This document shows, in pieces, positions 51,898-64,000 of a stretch of 64,000 bases of DNA. Origin of the DNA: Lobosporangium transversale (lineage: Eukaryota); NCBI RefSeq assembly GCF_002105155.1, contig NW_019028979.1, forward strand, positions 620,001 to 684,000. Reading direction: 5' to 3'. Below the pieces are notes generated by a model. It searched no databases, was not told where the DNA came from, and saw nothing but the letters and a program-made list of their open reading frames with translations. The first letter of the stretch is position 1; each line of letters opens with the position of its first letter. The position numbers were made by a program, and so were the translations under genes.

Positions 51898-54800
51898 TCA
51901 AAGCCGTGCCTGCTCCACGTAGATCTGTTCATTCTCTGTACGGTCAAAACGCTCATATCGTCTCTGGGGTGTCCACCAGTAGAGGCGGTCTTTGACAAGG
52001 TTCAAATCGAAGCCTTCCTTTTTTAGGACCTCTTTCTTATTCTTGAATGTGCCAGTTATCTCAAGGTCCTGTTCGCAAATACGAAGAAACCGTGGAACTG
52101 CATATGATGGCAGATTTTTTGCCACATACTCGCTCATCCTCTGGAGAAAATTGTTCAGTGCTTGTTCATTGACCACAGCCCGTGATCCATTCTCAGTTGG
52201 GCGTTGGAGAATGGAGTCCTTCAAAACCAGTGTGGCCATCCCAGCGCGCCCATCTTGGCCAGGAATTGTGACACCATAGACCACGCACGAAACCACTCCC
52301 TCCACTCGGCCCAACGTGTCTGCAACTTCAGCTGTTGAAACATTTTCTCCTTTCCAGCGGTAGGTGTCGCCAGTACGGTCTACAAAAAACCAATATTGGT
52401 CCTCATTTCTGTAAACGAGATCACCTGTCCGGAAGTACACATCTCCTTGCACGAAAGCATTATGAACCAGCTTTGCCTGAGTCATTTTTGGCTGATTAAA
52501 ATAACCTTGGTATCGTGTACTGTGCGTCTTGTTGTCTGCAAGCGTGATCAGTTCTCCAGGCTCATTTAGTCGACATTCAATGCAGAAACCAGTCTTTTCA
52601 TCCCGAATCAGCTCATTGGTATCTGTATCGACTTTAACCACTTTCATAGTCGGTGCCAAAATTCTAGAGAGAAACATGTATGGGACACGTTATTACACAA
52701 TCATAGAAGCTATAAAGTTGAGGAACAAATATCAAATTGAATTCGCCTCATGAATAGAATTTCCTCATTGACGTTAGGTGTACCTTTGAATAGGTCCACG
52801 GAACCCAATAGCACCTTGAGATCTTTTATCTGTGGCCACATTCAATAGTGCGGTTGTTCCTAATTTCGATCCATTTATGTAAGTTATATTTAGTAAGAAT
52901 GGAGATCCACTAGTCTATTTGTCTGCTCACTAAAAAAAAAAAAAAAAAAAAAAAAAAACGAACCTTCGCTCATGCTATAATATTCAAAGATGGTTTTAAT
53001 GCCAAAGCGTTCCTGTACTTTTGCCCAAATATCCGGACGCAATCCATTGCCAAATGCTGTCCTAACTTTGTGTTTGCGATCCAAAGGACTCTCGGGAGCA
53101 TGAAGCAGATATCTACACAGCTCTCCAATGTACTTTTTTATATATATGACGAGATTCATATAAAGTATTATGCAAAATGACCTTTGTCAACGTTAACCAA
53201 AACAATAGCAAAGAAAAAGAAGTCTTCATACTTGAAAGTGTGTGACATCGTATGCAATACAGTCCTTCCAAAAGTTGGAAGCAGAAAACTTCCGAGCAAG
53301 AACAATAGTGCAACCAGAATGCCAGCTCTGACCCACGCCGATAATTGCTAGTTTTTTTTTTTTGTGAATGAAAAAAGATCGAAAAACTCAGTTACATATA
53401 GTTTTCTGTAAGCAGACAAACTAAAAAAAAAAAAAAAAAAAAAGAGCCATCTAAAAAGTGCATACATCCGGCAGAATGATAGAGAGGTAAAGGAATGTAT
53501 ACTTTGCTTTGGGGCGTAATGCTTGCAAAATATGGCCATGCCACTCCTGATACTGTTGATTGCAGATAGCATGATAAAGCCAGACAGACAGATAGATAGA
53601 CAAGCAGATGGGTGGCGAAAGAAAGAAAGATTTCCTTAGTATCAGCTCAACCAAATCGTTTCTTCAAAGAAAAATGTTAACCATATCAAATAACGCATAC
53701 TATTGCCCCTTCCGTGATCCATGATAGCAGCCTTGGGGAGACCAGTTGTTCCACTAGTAAATATGAGAGCTGCAGGATCACTCATCTCTATATGCTCACG
53801 GATGCTCTTTTGGAAGCCCTCGCTGCTCATGTTCTCCCATTCAACAAAATCATACTGGAATGGGATCTCGAAGGAGCGACGTGTATCTCGAGATAAATAA
53901 TTGTATATCTGACCCAGAACTTGTTGCTTTGGCGTCATTGTATAAAGGTCATAGTTCAAACCCTTGATGTCATCAAAACACTCTTGAAGAGCTGATGCGT
54001 ATTCAAAATCAAATACCAAGATTTTGGCATCCGAAACTTTTAGACTGTGGACCAATGCTGCATGGGTGAGTTGGGTATTGATGAATGACGCAACGGCTGC
54101 AATCTTGAGCAAAGATAGCCAGGTGATGATAAAGAGAGGAGAATTGCCCATCATCATTGCGACACGGTCACCGGCTTGGATACCTTTTGATACAAACCAA
54201 TGGGCCTATATAACCAGTGTAAGTTAACAACATTAGTATAAAATAACGATGAACGAGTAGTTCAGGCTTAATAATGAAAGAAGCGCAGTATTACACAAGC
54301 ATATTATGCTTATTACCATGCGATTAGAGGCTGCATATTTCGGGGGTGGGGAAAAAAGGGGATGTGTTTTGTTGTTAATGATTATTCCGAACCGGCCAAA
54401 CTGCATCAAAACAAACAATCGTTTTGTTTTCACCCACCGAGCTCCAATTCACGCCATGTGTGTGAAGTGCCTTCAAATGAAAGTGCGACTGCAAACGGAC
54501 GAATCTGGCACTGCTCCTCGAATCGATTGTAGATACTGCAACTTCGGTTGCGGACACATTTGTCAAACCTAAAGAAATGAGTAGGATCCAAGGGCCAGAT
54601 GTCGGATGGATTCATTATCCTCCATTCAATACGTGAAAGATCAAAAGAAGGAGGACTTCACACAATGGGATTCGAAACCTGCAAAACCTACTCTTTCTGG
54701 GACGCGACCGCGCTTTTGAGGACGAACAAGTCCTTCGACAACTGATACTTATTCTCAATGAAGTAACCCGCCACTGCGGTCGCTGCGATGCCTGCAACAA

Positions 54801-54903
54801 GAGGTGCTAAATTACAAATGTTATCCTATCAATTAGCAATTGTGACATTTTTTCAAGAGTACAAGAGTAGTAATAGTAATAAAAATAATTAAAGCCTACT
54901 CAT
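51898..54903 (-). CDS. FAT1: Long/very-long-chain fatty acyl-CoA synthetase / fatty acid transport protein
   Basis: IFTSGTTGLPKAA, PLYHSAG, YIGELCRYL, FRTGDL, DRTGDTYRWKGENVST. Confidence 0.92.
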
Positions 54904-54974
54904 GAAGTTCAAAATTAAGAAAAAAAAATTAAAATAAAAGGAACTGTGAATGAGAAATGACTAATGAGTTGACG

Positions 54975-55013
<39 letters not shown>

Positions 55014-55549
55014 AGCGAAAAACATAAAAAAAGGAAGACCAAGTCCACATAAGAATTGTCAACAACCGAGGTTTTCAATTGAATAACATCTTATTATTCA
55101 TGTATTTTTAGTATTTTTAGTTATAGTTATGAAATGGACCCTTAGAGCCTCCCCCACAAACCCGCAGACTATTTGAATTCCGAATAAGAAAACTCAATCT
55201 TGTAACCTAACCTCAAAAACGATCGTCGCGTTGCCTTCAGGCTCAGCCCTTGATTATGTTAACCAAATGTGAAGTAACAAAAGTGGAATGGCTTTATATT
55301 ACATCACAGGTTGGCCTTGGATAGAGCCAATTCACTTATTTACATGTGGGATAGCAGTTTTTGGTGCTGCATTTAATGATAGTAGATACATATGTAAGGC
55401 AATTGAAAAATAGACAGACTATGACAGTAAACTGGATACGGCACTGGGAGAAAAAACAAACTAGACTAAGCTACTCCATGAGTGAAATACTGAATCGCTT
55501 CAATTCCTCAAGGCGTAGAATATTTGCGCTCTCCTTTACTAGATTAGTG

Positions 55550-56658
55550 TTACTTCGTAGCCTGGACGATGGAAACTATTCACAAGATAACAGTGAGGAA
55601 TGTGAGAATGTGAGGATCAAATGGATGAGATTAGTGCCCTGTCCGATCATATCACCATCGTGATGCCCTATTGTCGCCTGTACTATAATCATATCTGCAT
55701 CTAAAAAAAAAAAAAAAAAAAAAAAGCTGGTCTTACCGATGATAATGATCAGGATAATGAGAATACCAGTGCCAACAATGAGGCGCCACTTCATATTCTT
55801 CCACCACATCTGGCGTCTGACGCCTGTGGCACCCCTCCTGAACTGAACCGCACCTTGTTCAAGGTCAGCTGTGGGGGGCAGAAATCATGAACATAATAAG
55901 AATATGTTAGTAACGGTTGTTTTGTAATTTGGGTATAGTTACTTAAGGGTGAAATCGTCCCATGTGTCACACATGGCAAGGAGCCATAAAAAAGCCACTC
56001 ACATGTCTTGTGCTGAAGCGAGTCAAGCTTCTCACCGCGGTCTCTTACAGAGTCAATCTATACTCAGGTGAAAATGTAATGAGATTAATTATCAGTGGAT
56101 AAAAGAACCATAGAAAATTAATAATAACAAATACAATAACAATAACAATAATAGTAATAATAATAATAAAAAGCATCGCAGATTGTTCTGTTTACATACG
56201 TTTTGCTGCATGATTCCAACGACATCGTTGACTTGCTGCTGCAATTGAGCAGTCTTGGAAGATGGGCCGGGATGGGGGTCATAGGGAGTAGACCTATTTT
56301 TGTCAATACACAGCCAACAGGTCCGTTAGTCATATGTTTCTCCTCCAAAACGCAAAAATATTTTTTCTGTAATGTCTCTGCAGCATAATCTGACTTTCTC
56401 TCTCTCTCTTTTTTTTTATGGTCGTGGCAAGGATTTATATTTCTAATGCTGTTGAATGTTCATATTATTCTCAGTGTCTTGTTTTTTTCCCTCTGCTGAG
56501 TCAGGAGTAACAATGAGAGCAGAGGTGAAGCAGTGTAATTGAGACTGTGGCGGTGAAGAGAGAACATGGGGGCCAAGAGGGCATATATGAGCGCAAGAGA
56601 TGAGCCGGAGAGATGAGCGCAAGAGATGAGCAGAGATAACAGCAGAAACTACTTACAT
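55550..56658 (-). CDS. SNC1: Synaptobrevin/VAMP R-SNARE (Snc-like), spliced
   Basis: QQQVNDVVGIMQQNIDSVRDRGEKLDSL, VRRQMWWKNMK, C-terminal transmembrane helix. Confidence 0.92.
56588..56637. repeat. Short imperfect direct repeats (AGAGATGAGC core) in synaptobrevin intron 1
   Basis: atgagcgcaagagatgagc occurs twice, with further partial copies. Confidence 0.75.
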
Positions 56659-56934
56659 AGTGGCTGTGTGTATATGTTACGAGTGTTATTTACAGACAAA
56701 GATGGAATATACAGGAAATGATGATGAGGAAAGAAAGAAAGGAAAAAAGAAAATGAGGCGCAAGAATAAAAAAAGTATTCACTTTTAAACAACTGTTTGA
56801 GGTGTCTGTCACAGGCACATTGATTCAGATGGGTAGCCAAAAATTATTTATACACATTTCTTATATTTATCGTCAAGCTAGCAATGGACTATGACGATAT
56901 GATGCTACACAAGTCAACGAATGCTTACAACAGT

Positions 56935-57866
56935 TCATTGCGACCGTGCCTTCTTAGCAGGTCTCTGCTCCTCTGTCCCTACTTCTGCTTCTGTTTCCAT
57001 CAGCGTCTCCGAAGCTTCTTGCCAATCCTCCATTTCTTCCTCTTCTTCTTCTTCCTCCTCTTCTCCTTCAGCTACCAGAGGGAAAGGCGTATCAAGTGTA
57101 TCCGTGCCTGATTGACTAGACCCTACTACAAGACTCATATCCACAAACGAATAATACGCTGGCACTGCAAAATAATTCGTGATCTTGCGTTCATCAATCG
57201 TGTCCTTGTCGCACAATTTATATTCTTCTCGCCGGGAGAACAACGTCGTTTGACGCGGGAGGATCCCAGATCGTGCTTCGATCGCACCCCGGCGTTCCAG
57301 TTCTTCAATAAGATCATCCAGTTCAACTGATAAAATCAGCTTGTGGAACTGCTTTAACAATGCACCCTGTTCGTTATTTTATTTTACACCCAATGTAAAA
57401 ACATGTATTTCATGTATTATTAGTAAACATACATTTCATGTGCTCATTAATGTATCACAGGATATACACAATCGTTTGTGTGCACAACAACCTGTAACTG
57501 TACTCTACCTTGGAAATGCCTGGTTTTTCTGCAATATGCGAAAGGATCGCATGCAAGCTCGTCTCGAAAATGCTCTCGTCAATTGCGCCTTCAAGCGTTC
57601 GCCACATTCGTGGTAAAATCCAATCCTTTGGATTGTTGATGCTGTTTTGTGACTCCATTGACACCTTATAGTTTAAAGTCCATGTTTGGTGCCATCCATA
57701 TCCAACAAACCGAGTATACGCCATTCCCACCTTCATCACTACTGGTGGTGATGTGCTTTTTAATTTCTGGATGCATTCCATAATTTCCTTGTCGCTATAC
57801 TCGAAACCTCGTGAAATAAGAGTTCTCTAAAAAAAAAAAAAAAAAAAAAAAAGTTAAACATTAGCT

Positions 57867-57900
<34 letters not shown>

Positions 57901-60900
57901 GAATTGTAAGCACATGAGAATACCAATGTTCATATTTACCTTGATATCTTGGGGAACAATCCCAACTGTGCAAGAATCGCAAATAATCTCATAGATGGCT
58001 TTGTACAAACAGCGACTTGTTTCTATGGACAACCCATCATGTAACGCTTGGAAAATAATTTGGGCCTCACGGCGTGCCTCTTGCCATGGGTCTTTGTCAT
58101 CATCATCTGATAAAGTCTCCGATGATTTGTGCGGTGCAGGTTGCATCTCCATTTCTTTAAGATTTTCAGTATTGGTTTGATCCTTTACTCTTTTAAGTCT
58201 GATCGAAGTAGGCACGTTAGCGAGTAACGCTGTATCTCTCGTATTTTTCATATTCACACCAAAATGGTGAAGAGCACCCTGACCATATGGCTCTTCATAT
58301 GCTGCCGATTGATCTATTTCAATGGGCCGCGCCATGGAAACTTGCAGCCATCCCATCGCAATGTCGTTTAAAAAAACCATCATTTCTGCTGGCCCTGCGT
58401 CCAAAGGAAATAGCCGCTCAGACGCCTGGTGATATACCTGGTCAATATCGGAGGCTGCTGCTGTGAGTTTCCGTGGATAGATGCCGTTCATCAATGTCGA
58501 AAATCGCTCCGATCGACCCACTTTCTGGCCAGGGATGCGATATGACGCGTTTTTGATCGATGTCAGGATCTTCCATTCCTTTGCTAGCTCACAGGTCTCA
58601 AGTACCTTACTTGACACAAAACACGAAAGGATGGATCGAATCATGCTCCTTGGCCGTTTATGGCGGGGTAAGCAGTATATAGCCTTGATAACGGCAAGAA
58701 TCGTATGCTCCATACCTCGTGTTTCCTGCCGTACTATCAAAGGTTTTGGTTCGTCTTGCTTTGCAACAGAATTTCCAGCAATAGACTGAGGCATATCCAA
58801 TTCTTCGGGCGAATTGTCCAATTCCATATTGTTGTTGGTTCGAAGAGTTGGTGGAAGTCGATTGATTAATCGTAGTCGTCGTGGTAAGGATTGGTCAGGA
58901 TGCAGTTTTTCTTCCAAATAGATACTCGAGAACCTCTCATTTTGTCGTACATAGTTCAATCGTTCAATTGCAGCGGGATTGTTTAACAGAGGTGAGGCAT
59001 CAGGTAGCTTGGGCCTATTACTTATAAAAAATAAAAACCAAAACAGTGAGAAGATAGCAGTTATGCAGTCATGTCATAGAGTTGTCCTCAAAGCATAAAA
59101 AGGCAAACCAATGTTATTGAGACTCAGCATTACATCGGTGTACCCTCATTTGGTTGAAAGTATGCAATGAGAGCGCTTGGATCATATTCATCAAGTTTAC
59201 GCTTGATATCAAATTGCTCTGCAAGAGTCGGAAAGATATAGCTGAATTGCGCTCGATAGCTCTCTACTTGCTTATATAAGTGAGGCTCGCGGATCAATTT
59301 GGCATAGCGATGGCGGCAAACATCTCGAGCTCGTGAGCCATTGAAAGAGTTGGAGACACATTGCCAGCTAAACTTTGTATTAAATGTCTCCGACATGCAG
59401 CGAACGATAGCGCATGCCAAAAGTAATCTCTCGTCCTCCATATCTGTCCAAACAACTCTCCTGGCGCGTGATTTCTTTGGTTTGCCTACGCTGAATCGCC
59501 CGCCGTCCAGAGTAGTTGCCATTTTTAAGGTTTGGCTTGCATTTGTGGCCACATTAGACGACGACGCACCGGTAATAGATGGGGTGTCTTCCACCTCCTG
59601 TTTGATGATCATGGAAGTTGTGTCATCCTGCTTATTAATGATGGTTTGTCTCGCTTTCCTCACTCGAGGCAACCGTTTGGCTTTTTCAGGAGCAGATCTA
59701 ATTGGGTTGGCATGCCACACAGATGCTACAGTTTTGTAGTATTGAATCACATGCTCCCTTGGGAGTCCTGTCTCCTTAGCCATCTGATCTATCTTTGGGT
59801 CGTGAGCAGCAGGCGCAAATCGTATCTTAGTATTGACTTGGGTCATAAGTTTCTCAGCTTGTGATGGGGTAATTTGAATGGGTTCTGCCCAAATCCTCTT
59901 GTTACACAAGTTCAAGAGAAAATCTCGTCGAATTTCCTCCCAGGATCGATCTATAGACCGCTCTTTGGGCATATATTTCATAACTGAGGCGCTGGCTTGA
60001 AGATCAGTCCAAAATGCTTTACATTCATCGGGCATGAGGAGCTTGTACTGTTTCCGACCTTCAAGTTCATGATCCAATTGATCTGGCACCACAGGATCCA
60101 ATGGGGCTTTGACATTTGTGTGTACTTCATAATGAGTATTGAGCACTAGATGGTTGGGAGCAGGTCCTAGATTCATTGACCCGCCAAAGGAATGGACGGC
60201 CACGAGTGGCGATACAAGCCCAAGCGCATCCAGAATCTCCAAGGCTTCGCGCAATCGCTTCTTAAAATTTGTACTGAGGGAGACATAAGGTTGCATAAAG
60301 TCTGGCAAGCTATTCAGAGGTTGGCATGACTTGCGATGTTGGTCCAGAAATGCCTTAGCCTCGTCAGTGGGTACCTGAACAATCCCAACGACTATTAAAA
60401 AGACACGGAATTGCATTGCATCAAACAGTTTTGAAGTCGAAAACACATTTGGGCGGTCCGCAAAATTATAAAGCGTTTGGTCAGTGGATGCCAATTTATC
60501 CAGTAGCATTCGATGAAAGACAAGCGCTCTCATCATCTTGGCTTTGCTCCAACCATATGTGACCGCAGTATCCAAGCCATCAGGTTCCTGTGCCTGTCCG
60601 CGTGTCTGTTTTTGCTTTGGATCAGTCCTTGTCTTTGTTACCGGTGGACCGAGGTCAGCGAAGGGAACCGAAGGAACTGAGGGTCCTTTGTAAAAGTCCT
60701 GGCCCAAGCGTCGTTGTATCTCATCCAATGATTCTACTTCAAGCTGTATTTTTTCCGCCTTTTTGCTAGACTTGGGGCCCTGCGCTCCGAAAAGGACTTG
60801 TCGATTGCTACATTCTTTCATAAATTCCCTGCCCTCTTCCGACTCTGGATCGACTGATGGATGCAGACAAAATGTTTTTGTCAACATGTTACCGCCGGCC

Positions 60901-63361
60901 GTAAGGATATTCTGGACTTTATATAGTTTAATAAGACCCTCTGCTTCAAGGATGCTAATGGTGCGATAGAGCGTTTTCCTATCGATCACACTGCTTTCTT
61001 CTTCGTTTGGATACAGCCGATGCTTTTCTTCCTGATATTCTTGAACTAATGAGTGATGTAGCTCTATTATGCGCTTACGTTCCAAAATTGAAAGGATGAC
61101 TTTACGGCGCTTCAATAAAGCTACAGAAATAAATCGCTCCGGTGTAGCGGCCGTTGTTAGCTCTGGTGTTTGATTTAATGTAGTTGTATTGCCATTTGCC
61201 GGCTGGGTAACAGTAGAACCAGATGAAAAGCTTGTTGCTGTGTCTAGTAAAGGTTGCTCTGACCCTGTGGGGTCTGTTGGCAACTGCGAAGTAATGATGG
61301 TGGTCGCGGGCGCTGGTAAGATCGTGGTCTGTGATGCCTGTGTGTCGCTGGATATGGGGACCCGACCCTTCTGTACGCCCGCCGCGCGAGGAGGAAGAGT
61401 GATAACGGGGAAAGATTTTGCTTTTTCAATGTACTCTCTGTGATCTTCCGCGACACCGGTTTTAAATCCATGTTCAGAGTAGTATCGGTAACGGCGCTCA
61501 CGCCCCACAAATTCCACTACTCTCTTAACAAGTGGTTTATCTGTGCCAGGCATAGGCTTACTGAGTGTTTCAAGGATACGAGCCAGCAGTCTTACGTTCA
61601 GCATATCCATCTTGTGCCGAATTTCCTAGCAGCAGAATAGACACATACTCATCATGGTCAACTTAATGGATATATTATAATCAAAATAAAATTCCTAGCT
61701 GTGACTTATCGGCTACCTTGGCAATTACACCCTTCTCTTTTGAATCAATGATGTGTTTATAGACTTGGTGCTCAATTGATGTATCCATGTAGATGCCGCT
61801 CTGTGAGGTGTCGTCTGCAATAACGCTCCTCAAATTGATTTTCTCTCGTTCATTTTCTGTACGATAACATATTGCGACAAGAGAGTGAGATACACTGTTA
61901 AAGCTAGATAGACGTAATATATGAGGGGCTTTAGAAGTCAAGTCATTGATACTTACCATCAACTGGCATATCTGTGCCGTAGGGGCGCAAAAGCTGAATG
62001 CATCGATAAACCCCTGGCACATGAACACGCTTGATATACTTAAGCTTACAAAGAAGCTCAATTTGCCTATTAAACCATCTGTTCTGGACGATGTTCATTT
62101 CTGTCAAATCCTATCACCGTTTTTTTTTTTTTTAGCGAGGGTAAGAAAAGAGTGCATCTAGACGCGTATCATAAAGGGGCTCTATCCCTGTGCAAGGAAA
62201 TTCATCATATATATCAGGGCTTATCCACATACCAAGGCTTTGGCGAGATCATCAATTGACATTGCCTGATTTTTGGCTCGCCCAAGGATATCAGTTAGCT
62301 TCTGTTTGATGAGTCCACTGTAGTAGCTGACTTTTTTCGTCTCTGTTTTGAGAAGCCCTTCAAAACGTTGTCCTCTATCGCCTGTAATTAAGTGGCGACC
62401 TGCACTTGCAAAATCAGACTCAGAGTTCATAGCCTTATAGCCCGGGTTCATATCCGCAAACTTTACGTGGAGGCACAATAGAGTATATTGGCCGTCGGTT
62501 GTAACAGGGATCTTTACTATCAGTTTCATCTCAATAAGGACCTTTAGGAAATGAAACATGCTTCTAGGATCAACCTTGAGCAGTTTAGCGAGTTGTGCCT
62601 GCGTGGCACCGACATCACGAGCGGCTGCGATCGATTGCAAAACTTGGAATGCTTGGTTTGATATCTGAAAAGCAGCGCCCGAGTAACCTAAAAGTGCAGC
62701 TCGCTGCTGTTCTGCACTCGCTACAATCCGAATCGTCCCCGCGTATTTCTCTGTTACATTTGTGTAAGAGATCTCTGCAGGATCCAACGGAATCAATTCG
62801 TTGAACGGTATAAATGATGCCTTAGACTATCAAAAAATGGACAAAAGGCTGTGGAAATTAGCACAGGCAGCATCAAAAGAAAGATAAAAGAAAGATTGCT
62901 ACCATCATATTTTATTACATCGTCGGAGCGTTCCTTTGAGCTCGACCTGGAACCGGCGCTGTTGTCGACGCTGTGATTATAAAAGGAAACGCCATCCTCT
63001 TGTACAAAGTTACTCCAGAAGAAGAGCCGAAACTTTTCGTCCGCTCGCTTCAAGCGATTATCTGTAAAGCTCTGGGGCGCTCCTGTAAAGGATGGGGCTG
63101 ACGTAGGATCATCATCCTTTAGTAAAAATTGGTCGACTAAAAACCAAAAACGGCTCCAGCTACAACCTATTTGAAACAATTAGCGAAGCTACTCAGTGGT
63201 TACTTGATATTCAACCAAAAAAAAAAAAAAAAAAGCTTCCATCGCTCTCCTATGAATAGTTGAAAGAGAGACCACGGACGGGACGATAAGAAAAAAAAAA
63301 ACTTTCCTGATTCACCATCAAGTGCGACTTCCGTCTGCACATGAAGTACCAGGTCGTCCAT
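56935..63361 (-). CDS. TFC3: RNA polymerase III factor TFIIIC B-box-binding subunit (Tfc3/Sfc3/GTF3C1-like), spliced
   Basis: N-terminal EVALDGESGC, winged-helix B-block segment GATQAQLAKLLKVDPRSMFH, GRERRYRYYS, IDRKT; very large size. Confidence 0.85.
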
Positions 63362-63510
63362 TATGTGCTCTTGAACATGAAGATTGGAAGCTGAACATGA
63401 AGTGGCGTTACCACAAATGGTGGGATGATCCAACAAACAAAGCCACTGTTTAAGGTAGATCATTTTCGTTCATAAAATAAAGCAATTCAATTCTTGACCT
63501 TTGTACTATA
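63362..63510. promoter_or_regulatory. Compact divergent promoter between the TFIIIC subunit and the Obg GTPase
   Basis: Only about 150 bp separate the two start codons. Confidence 0.6.
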
Positions 63511-64000
63511 ATGAAGGACGTGGTCATTGCGTGTGTAGGGAAACCATCGGCAGGAAAGTCTTCCTTCCTGAACGCAGGTTAGCATAGTATACCTCTTCAT
63601 TTTTATTTTATTTATTTTTTTTATTAGCGTTATTGTTGCTGTCGTTGTTGTAAAAATCACAGCGGAATCCTGGTCAAGTATCAATGTCTAGACTACGTGT
63701 ATTCTCCTACAATAGTGACGGATGCGACTGCCAAAGTCGGCAATTACCCATTCACAACGATTACGCCCAACAACGGCGTTGGTATGTAGATATAGCTATA
63801 TTAAAGACATTCATACAGAAAGCTCTTGGTAGTTTCATTTTACGAACAAGTTTATCTCTATCTTTGTTCACCATAGCTTACTTCCCGATTGAGTGCCCAT
63901 GCAAGAGGTTTAATAAATCACACTTATGCTCTCCCCGATATGGTATTCTACTGAATTAATAGAGAATTGAATGTCCTACAGATGTACTATTCTCTTTGCC
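63511..64000 (+). CDS. Obg-family GTPase (YGR210C-like), 5' part truncated by window end
   Basis: [36 protein letters not shown] across GT-AG introns, then CPC. Confidence 0.88.

Noticed and set aside
56118..56348. 76-aa ORF as the synaptobrevin N-terminus
   Set aside because: Wrong frame for the SNARE motif; its ATG region lies in the intron branch/acceptor sequence.

Overview
Gene-dense, intron-rich eukaryotic DNA from a fungus. Gene content, short introns and long poly-A/T tracts suggest an early-diverging lineage such as Mortierellomycotina/Mucoromycota (inference). I reconstructed 19 spliced protein-coding genes by hand: ADP-ribosylglycohydrolase, ORC5, mitochondrial malate dehydrogenase, metacaspase, cullin-1, sphingomyelin-synthase-like PAP2 protein, Hrp1/hnRNP-like RRM protein, NMNAT, SET-domain methyltransferase, COPI alpha, ABHD12/13-like hydrolase, a Swc3-like/GATA protein, ATP synthase subunit d, SRAP/HMCES, a Zn2Cys6 transcription factor, a Fat1-like acyl-CoA synthetase, a synaptobrevin, the TFIIIC B-box subunit and a partial Obg-type GTPase. 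A decayed partial duplicate of the COPI alpha gene is also present. I recognised no rRNA, tRNA, CRISPR array or intact transposon. The most interesting signals concern splicing: a candidate 60-nt poison exon in NMNAT whose donor lies in a hairpin loop, a probable AT-AC intron with a U2-like donor in ORC5, a probable GA-AG intron in the TFIIIC gene, three GC-AG introns, micro-exons and a start codon split by an intron. All exon boundaries are read by eye and are unverified by transcripts.
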